Source: Amoebidium appalachense (lineage: Eukaryota; Protista; Ichthyosporea). From it: 64,000 nt of DNA. Every line of letters begins with the position of its first letter. Positions within the stretch are counted from its first letter, which is position 1. The position numbers and the translations under genes were made by a program. Below the pieces are notes generated by a model. The model was not told the DNA's origin. It searched no databases and saw only the letters and a program-made list of their open reading frames with translations. Positions 56,654 to 64,000 of this stretch are shown here, piece by piece. The stretch is from positions 1,642,373 through 1,706,372 of the forward strand of contig CAVNZM010000001.1 of assembly GCA_963693365.1 (NCBI GenBank). The letters run 5' to 3'.

Positions 56654-57467
56654 AGGGGAGGGGGGGGTTGGATTCCGGAAGGGTCCGAGGGAGGAACCGG
56701 GGAGGAAGATGGGGGGAAGCAACACCGAGCATTGAAACTGAAAACACACAAGTTTAATATGCGACTTGATAATTCAGTATATCCAATACAATATATATAG
56801 TATGCCAGAAACAGTAATTAATGCATATGAGGCATACGTGGCAACTAGAAACTATAATGCACGATCAGAATTGAAATCAGCACAGAAATATAAAAAAAGT
56901 TTTTACTGAAAACAATAAAGAAAGTAGGAATACTATATGCCAACGATCATGTGCATAATACACACACACAGAAACATGCACACAACTCCCCTCCCAGCTG
57001 CATGAGACCAGCTAGGTGACAATTGAGCCGCCACAACTAGGGGGAGCGGCGGGGGGAGGGTGGGGAGGGGAAGGGGAGGGGGAGGGGAGGGAGGGGAGCG
57101 AAGTGTGGAGGGATGGAGTGGGGAAGGAAGGAAGGTTTTGGGGGGGGGGGGGGGGGGGGAGGCGGGGAAGGGGATGTACCTAAAATAGAGATTCACATCG
57201 GAGTGTGCTATTTGGATAAAACATAATTCATTTACAATAATTATGACACGCAAGGTAAACACAGCCCAGGAACAACCAGAAATAACGAGAAGGGATCAAG
57301 GAAACACGGTCAGGGGAAAGAGCAGGACTGGCCACAAGACATGGGCCATGAGTTGATGTTGAGACCCGTGTGTATGTGTCTCTCTCTCTCTCTCTCTCCC
57401 CCTCCCTCCCCCCCCCCCCCCTCCCCCCTTTCCCTCCCAACCCCCCCACCCCTTCTCTCTCTCTCTG

Positions 57468-57598
<131 letters not shown>

Positions 57599-57599
57599 G

Positions 57600-57633
<34 letters not shown>

Positions 57634-57807
57634 TTGAGGGAGGTGGGGAGGGGAGGGATGATATCATGTCTACATGCATGATTTCTGGGGAATGGGGATG
57701 TTTTTAAGGTTAATTTAGGAGGCAGGCCCAGCCGGAAGGGGGGGAGGGGGGGGGGGGGGGGGGGGATGGACACACACACACACACCCCTCTCACAGAGGC
57801 AATTTTT

Positions 57808-57850
<43 letters not shown>

Positions 57851-58161
57851 GTGCGTGCGCGCACACACGTCTGTGTGCACGGCATGGATGCATGCAGTAT
57901 AGTATAGCAAGAATCTGTCCGTATGCACAAAAACTCCCATGAATCGCACTTAGGTGCGCTCCTTGTTTTGGGTTTTTGATTAGAAGCGTTGTTTAAGTAA
58001 CTGGGATTGGGTTGGAGAACGTTTCTTTAATAGTGTTTGGTTTGTCTTTGCATATATTTCAGATGCTGTTACTCGTGGCCGCCAAGCCAACGGCACGTAC
58101 AGTGCCTGGTGTAGCCTGGTGACGGGGGGAAGTGTGTGTGCGTGCATGCGCGCACGCGTGC

Positions 58162-58215
<54 letters not shown>

Positions 58216-58639
58216 CGTGCGGGTGTGCGTGTGCGTGTGCGTGTGCGTGTGTGTTTGTCCACAGATGTACATCTCGTAACGTCGTTTCTAACTTGTATCT
58301 TGTTGGGTGGAAGCTTCGTACTGTTAACTTTGGTGCCGGCACGTCATCACAGCTCAACTACACGTCAAAAAGCACCTTCCTCACTATTTTCATGTGAACA
58401 CGGGGCTAGGCTTGCCTCACAGGTTTGACCTTGATTTTTAATGGAGCCAGATGAAGTTTATTTGGTCACTGACTTCGGCCGGTGACTTCCAACGCCTCAT
58501 GCTGTATTCCATGATAATAATGCCTTATAGGAGTAATTATCAGCACAAACTATACCTATGTACTAATATGTATATTCGTATGATAGTACACACACGTGGC
58601 CATGCATGTGCCAGAAAGCGCAATAACTTGTAACAACTC

Positions 58640-58795
58640 GCACCTACGCGTGGTTTGAGTAACGCAGACTGAGTCGCGCAAACGACTCAGTGTTAACTTT
58701 TGGCCACGGCCATCTAGAGACTCGAGTCTCGTGCTTTTGGCGCGCAAATTGTTTTTGCGTAAACGTTTGCTAATACAAATTTGACGCGTTTCTTC
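58640..58795 (+). promoter_or_regulatory. Promoter with E2F-like and MCB elements
   Basis: TTTTGGCGCGCAAA at 58735-58748; ACGCGT at 58646-58651 and 58784-58789; TCGCGCAAA near 58674; located 180-320 bp upstream of the ATG at 58968. Confidence 0.5.
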
Positions 58796-58967
58796 ATTTG
58801 TGAAAAACTCGTGTCACAAAATCCTGAAGTACACTATTAACCTGCCCTAATATTAGTTTTTTCTTTTTTCTTTTCTTTCTTTCGTTCTTTCTTTTTTTTC
58901 TTTTTTTGCTAAACCCACCGTTTAGGCGCCGAACCTCCTACTTTGAACGGATATTGCAACCGCAAAC

Positions 58968-60871
58968 ATGACTCGGAAGAAGACAGACTCGCCCGAAGAT
59001 CCCTCGGGGGACGCTGAGAACACGCCAAACGCACGTTCCAAAAGGTGGCACACATACACGCAAGACACGCTACCCCCCCTCTCTTCCATCCCCGCCGAGG
59101 GCAGACCACATGCTCAGACGCTTCCCCACTCGGGCTTGTTTGCCGCCACGTTAGAGTTCACCGCGCGTGGGCTGGGAAAGAGGCAAACGGTGTGGGGTTG
59201 GCTGCGACTGACGCCACACACAGACGCAGACAAGACGGATTCAGACACGGACTCGACGCCAGAGTACGAGATAACATTCTCCAAACACACGGGAGAAGAG
59301 GGGGCGGTAGAGTGGGTGCACCCGGGCGAGTTTTTGGAGAGCCTTGGGTCAGAGGGGGCTTGGAAGCCCAAAACGAAGGTGCAAGGTTTTGGCGTGGACG
59401 GGGAGGGCGGTCTCTTCACTACGCACGTGCTGGCCCCGGGGGTGCAGCTGCCCCAACCCGTCTCTGATGTTGTAAAGGCGCTCAACATCCAACTGACAAG
59501 AAAGGCACGGAGGCCAGCCCCTGCCAAGCACGCAGAGTCCACCCCCACGAACCAACCCGCCATGGCACCTGTCGTCCATTCGGCACCCGTGCCTACTTTC
59601 AGATTCGGGCCCTTGGTTATTCCTCCCCCTGGCTTCAATAGTTTCGCCGTTCAACAGACACGGGGCAGGGGCACGCACACACATGCGGGGACAGCGGTGG
59701 ACGTCCATCCACAACAACGGAGGGGGCGGCAATGGTCAAAACTGACGGGGGTGGAGCCAACACCAGTTCAGCTGCCTGCAAGAAGGAGACACAGGACTTT
59801 GGACAAGTCAAAGGACGGCACAGACGGGACACAAGCGAGGAAAAGACACAAAAGCGAGGAAGATCACGAAAACGAGGCCACAAAGGCGCCGTTCCATCCT
59901 TCTAGTGCCCCCCCCAATCGTGGAAGAGAGAACGAAAACGAGGAGAACAGAAACGGTTTTACAGAAACGGGGACGGACTTAAACGAGGACGGGATGCAAC
60001 AGGTGGATGCAGAGGGGGTAGTAGGGGCAGAGGTGCTGGAAGTGGGCCAATGGAAGGACAATAACGAGGGTGACGAGAGTGAGGTTGACACTTTGGAGGG
60101 ACACGGTTTGAATTTACAGAGGAGGGAGAGGGAAGTTAAGGAGGGAGAGGGGGTAATGGACACGGGGGAAATTGTGGATTATGAAAACAAAGAGGGTGGC
60201 GCGTATGAAATGAACGGGGGGCAGCAGCAAGTGATGGGCGGGTTGCTTCAGGAAAATGAGGCATGGGAAGGCTGGCAGGCGGGGAGAATGGCGGGGGAGG
60301 GGGGAGGGGGGAGGGACGGGAACCGGCGATCACGGGCGGGACCCGGGGGGAGATGTCGTACTGGAAAATACAGAAAATGCAATTGAATCGAATTATGGAT
60401 TTTGCGGATTTCACGGACAGGGAATGGAAAAAAACGAAAGACGAGTTGGCCCTGTGGAAGGCGGGGCACGCGGAAATGAGGGAACAGTTAATCGTGGTGG
60501 CACAGGAAAAGGAAGGGGTGGAAGGACAGTTGAAGGAGAGAGATGGACAAATTGTCACATTGATTGGGGAGATTGAAGGATTGAGAGCGGAAAAAGAGTC
60601 ATGGGAGGAAAAGGAAAGGGTGTTAACGGAACAAGCAACAAGAGAGAGGGAGCAATTCAGGGCAGAAAAACAGTCATGGGAGGAAAAGCAAAGGGTTTTG
60701 ACAGAACAAGCATCGAGAGAGAGGGAGCAATTTAGGGCAGAGCTGGAAAAAATGAAGAAAGAAAAGGAGGAATTGGAGGGAAAAAACCGGGATTTGGCTG
60801 AGAAAAACACAGAACTAGAGGGAACAGTGAAAAAGGTGAGAGAGTTTTATCAGAATTTAGGTTGGTCTTGA
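58968..60871 (+). CDS. Intronless protein in two overlapping frames (58968-60386 and 60260-60871): possible SAND-like N-terminal domain, acidic linker, C-terminal coiled coil
   Basis: Both ORFs are clearly coding-like. EWVHPGEFLESLGSEGAWK resembles SAND W.TP.EF...G...WK; NLS-like RKRHK; E/K-rich heptads with a 22-aa internal repeat (RAEKxSWEEKxRVLTEQAxREREQF). The frame change falls in a G-rich tract. Confidence 0.6.
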
Positions 60872-61118
60872 GAGCATAGGTGGGTCTGCGTAGAAATCAA
60901 AAAACGGTTAGTGTTTTCGAATGTGAGTGAACGTACAGTCTATATTTGCCCACGCGTGCCCACGCACAACAAACAGACATCCCTTGGTTCTTGCACCCAC
61001 ACATATGCATGCCCCAACAGACACACGCACACACGCATACACAGACGCAAGGACACATGCGCACACCCGAACGAAGGCACTCATGTGTGCGAGCACACGC
61101 ACACACGTACGTGCACAT

Positions 61119-61343
<225 letters not shown>

Positions 61344-62294
61344 GTGATTTATAGTATGAGCAATGAATGTTTTTGGTTTCTTTTGACTCTTGAATTTGTG
61401 AAATGTGCTGTGTTCTATTTGCCACCTTATATAGATATCTGCAAGTTGGGACTCTAAAGGATGTCGAAGTGTTTGTTAACGAGGCATTTCATTCATCATT
61501 CATTTTTCTCTCTTTTTAAGTTAATTTCTATTTTTTTTTTTTTTTTTTTTTTTTGGAGCAGGGAGGGTGGTGGTGCATGCACGTAGTGGTGGGGACTTTG
61601 GGTGGGTGGGAGGGAGGGAGGGGGGGAGGGGGGGGGGGGGGGGGGGGGGGGGACAGTATGTGGTATGACCCCCTGACACACCGACGTATATCAAGTAAAT
61701 CATACCATTTTCCGTATTATTATTGCTATGATTCTCCCCCCCCCCCCCCCCCCCCCCCCCTAGATCTCTCTATCTCTCTCTCTCTCTCCCCCCCCCCCCC
61801 TCTCTCCCCTCCCCCCCCCGTCTTTCTCTCTCTCCCCCTCTCCCTCTCTGTATCTCTCTCTGTCTCTCTATCTCTCTCTCTGTCTTTTTTTTTTGGGGCG
61901 GGGGGGAGGAAGGACGGCTGATACGTGAAAGGGGGAGAGGGGGGGGGGGGGGGGGAGGGGGGGGGAGGGGGGAGGACTACTAGTACACGTATAGTTACTT
62001 ATTTGCTTGACGCAACCACGCCTTTAACTGCTGGGAAGGGCTCTTGTACATATAGCTAGATTGTGGTATTCCGGATATATATACACACACAGTTTGCAAA
62101 GAATATGAAGTCAGTGACATTGAAATTTTCGTTCAAAAACACCTGCATGCATGGTGCCTCGTACAGTTGGGCCTATGATGTCGAACCTTTAAAGTATTCA
62201 TAACGGAGGACCCCGTCTTCCCCCCCCCCCCCCCCCCCCCCCCCCCCCTTCCCGCCCGGCGAGCGCTAATAAGAGGGGGAGAGAGGGGGGGGGG

Positions 62295-62354
<60 letters not shown>

Positions 62355-62421
62355 GGGTGGGGGAGGGAGAGGGAGAGAGAGTGTGTGTGTGCCTGCATGA
62401 AGGAAGAGTGCCTGTGTGTGT

Positions 62422-62452
<31 letters not shown>

Positions 62453-62972
62453 GGGGGGGGGAGTACTTTTAGCAGATCAGAGTATCAATCGACACATAGG
62501 CCCTATGTGCCCTACTTGTGTTGCTCTTAACGGTAAGACGCACGTACGTGCACGGGTACGACTTGTGAGGCCTCTTAGTTGTATTTTCTTCAAGATCTGC
62601 CTCCCCATGCCGCATCCCCCCCCCCCCCCCCCCCCCCCCCCCCACACACACACCATGCCGCATTTCCTTCCCACCCCCCCCCCCTCCCCCCCCCCCCCCC
62701 CCCCCCCCCCTCCTCCTCCCCCACCCCTTCACCACACACACACACACAAACACGTCGCACACCACCCTAGGCCTTCTCCCGGGACCACCTTCAACCTAAA
62801 GGAGAACCAATTTTTCTTTGCCTTAGGAATGGGCATTTTGCCGCTCCCTTAAAACTCAATCAAACCACCGCAGTCGGCAGTTCCAATAGATACTTTTAAC
62901 CCTCTATTGCTTACATCACCTCCCATGCGTAACCTAACCTATCATACTGCTTCACTTGAACATGGGTGGGTC

Positions 62973-63016
<44 letters not shown>

Positions 63017-63435
63017 TGAGTGTGTGTAGGGGGGGTGGGGGGGGGGGGGAGGGGGGTAGAAGGAGGGGGATAGGCTAAATTGCAAGAAATAAGTTTTTAT
63101 AACGAACCCACCCAATACAGTAAAGCAAACGTAAAGTTTATTGCACTCCGTCAGACACACACTGCATATCCTTATATTCCAACACATAAAATCATCGTTA
63201 TGACAACACTCGTGTGTTCCATTGATTCATCAGAAACATCGATAATTACTCTTAAACCCCAACACGGCCCCGTCATGATTGGCTACAAATCATTACACTG
63301 AAACAGACTTCTATGAATACGATCGATAACCCCGGAACGAAATTTCCCGTGCAAACTGTTGTACTACTATTTTCAAACTTTCAATATTCCATGTGATCAA
63401 ATACCCTTCACCCGGCTTCCACGTTTTATTTACCT

Positions 63436-63474
<39 letters not shown>

Positions 63475-63622
63475 TTCCCCCCTCCGGCCGATGCCCCCGA
63501 AACCAACAAACAAGAAGAAGAAGAAAAATGAAAAATAGAACACCAACACGCGTAAAAGCGCGCGTGCACACACACCCACTTAACCACCCACACCCACACC
63601 CACACCCATACCCACTCCCACC

Positions 63623-63666
<44 letters not shown>

Positions 63667-63670
63667 CACA

Positions 63671-63714
<44 letters not shown>

Positions 63715-63944
63715 CCCACACACCCACACACCCACACCCACACACACCCACACACACACACACACACACCCACCCACCCACACACACACACACACCAAAT
63801 CCAAACCACCACTTGAACATGCACCTTTACCTTTCGATCACACTGCATCGTTACTACGATTACGCCAATCGCTGCAAACCAAAGGCCTAAAATCCCACGG
63901 TTCAACAAATCTTATCCTATACCAACAGGGCAAAAAAAAAAAGC

Positions 63945-63979
<35 letters not shown>

Positions 63980-64000
63980 ATCCCGCAGAAAAAACTACCA

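Noticed and set aside
59114-60810. Long minus-strand ORFs (59114-59638, 60136-60810)
   Set aside because: Antisense shadows of the plus-strand coding sequence.

Overview
This is eukaryotic genomic DNA, not prokaryotic. It has GT-AG spliceosomal introns packed with (GT)n/(CA)n/(GA)n microsatellites and G/C homopolymers, so almost all ORFs in the supplied track are repeat translations. The gene content is compatible with a unicellular opisthokont or protist, but the taxon is an inference. Reconstructing exons by hand gives: a partial ALMT/FUSC(ArAE)-like membrane protein (-); a degenerate non-LTR retroelement remnant just downstream of tRNA-Met(CAT); a 16-exon PUS10 tRNA pseudouridine synthase (-) that appears to splice in frame into a 4-exon class II aldolase/adducin-like domain (candidate fusion gene) and carries tRNA-Arg(TCG) in an intron; an RCAN/calcipressin gene (+); an ankyrin-repeat + GATA zinc-finger gene (+); an intronless secreted PL14-type polysaccharide lyase with one in-frame TGA (-); and a two-frame SAND-like/acidic/coiled-coil ORF behind an E2F/MCB-motif promoter (+). 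The most striking non-genic signal is a dispersed, 5'-truncated repeat family. Seven copies end at a shared 3' terminus abutting a C-run. The two longest copies fold on one strand into a ~155-nt closed RNA structure with compensatory base changes, a kink-turn-like motif and a pseudoknot, making it a candidate undescribed structured-RNA or ribozyme retroelement. All calls come from reading the sequence only; no searches were run.
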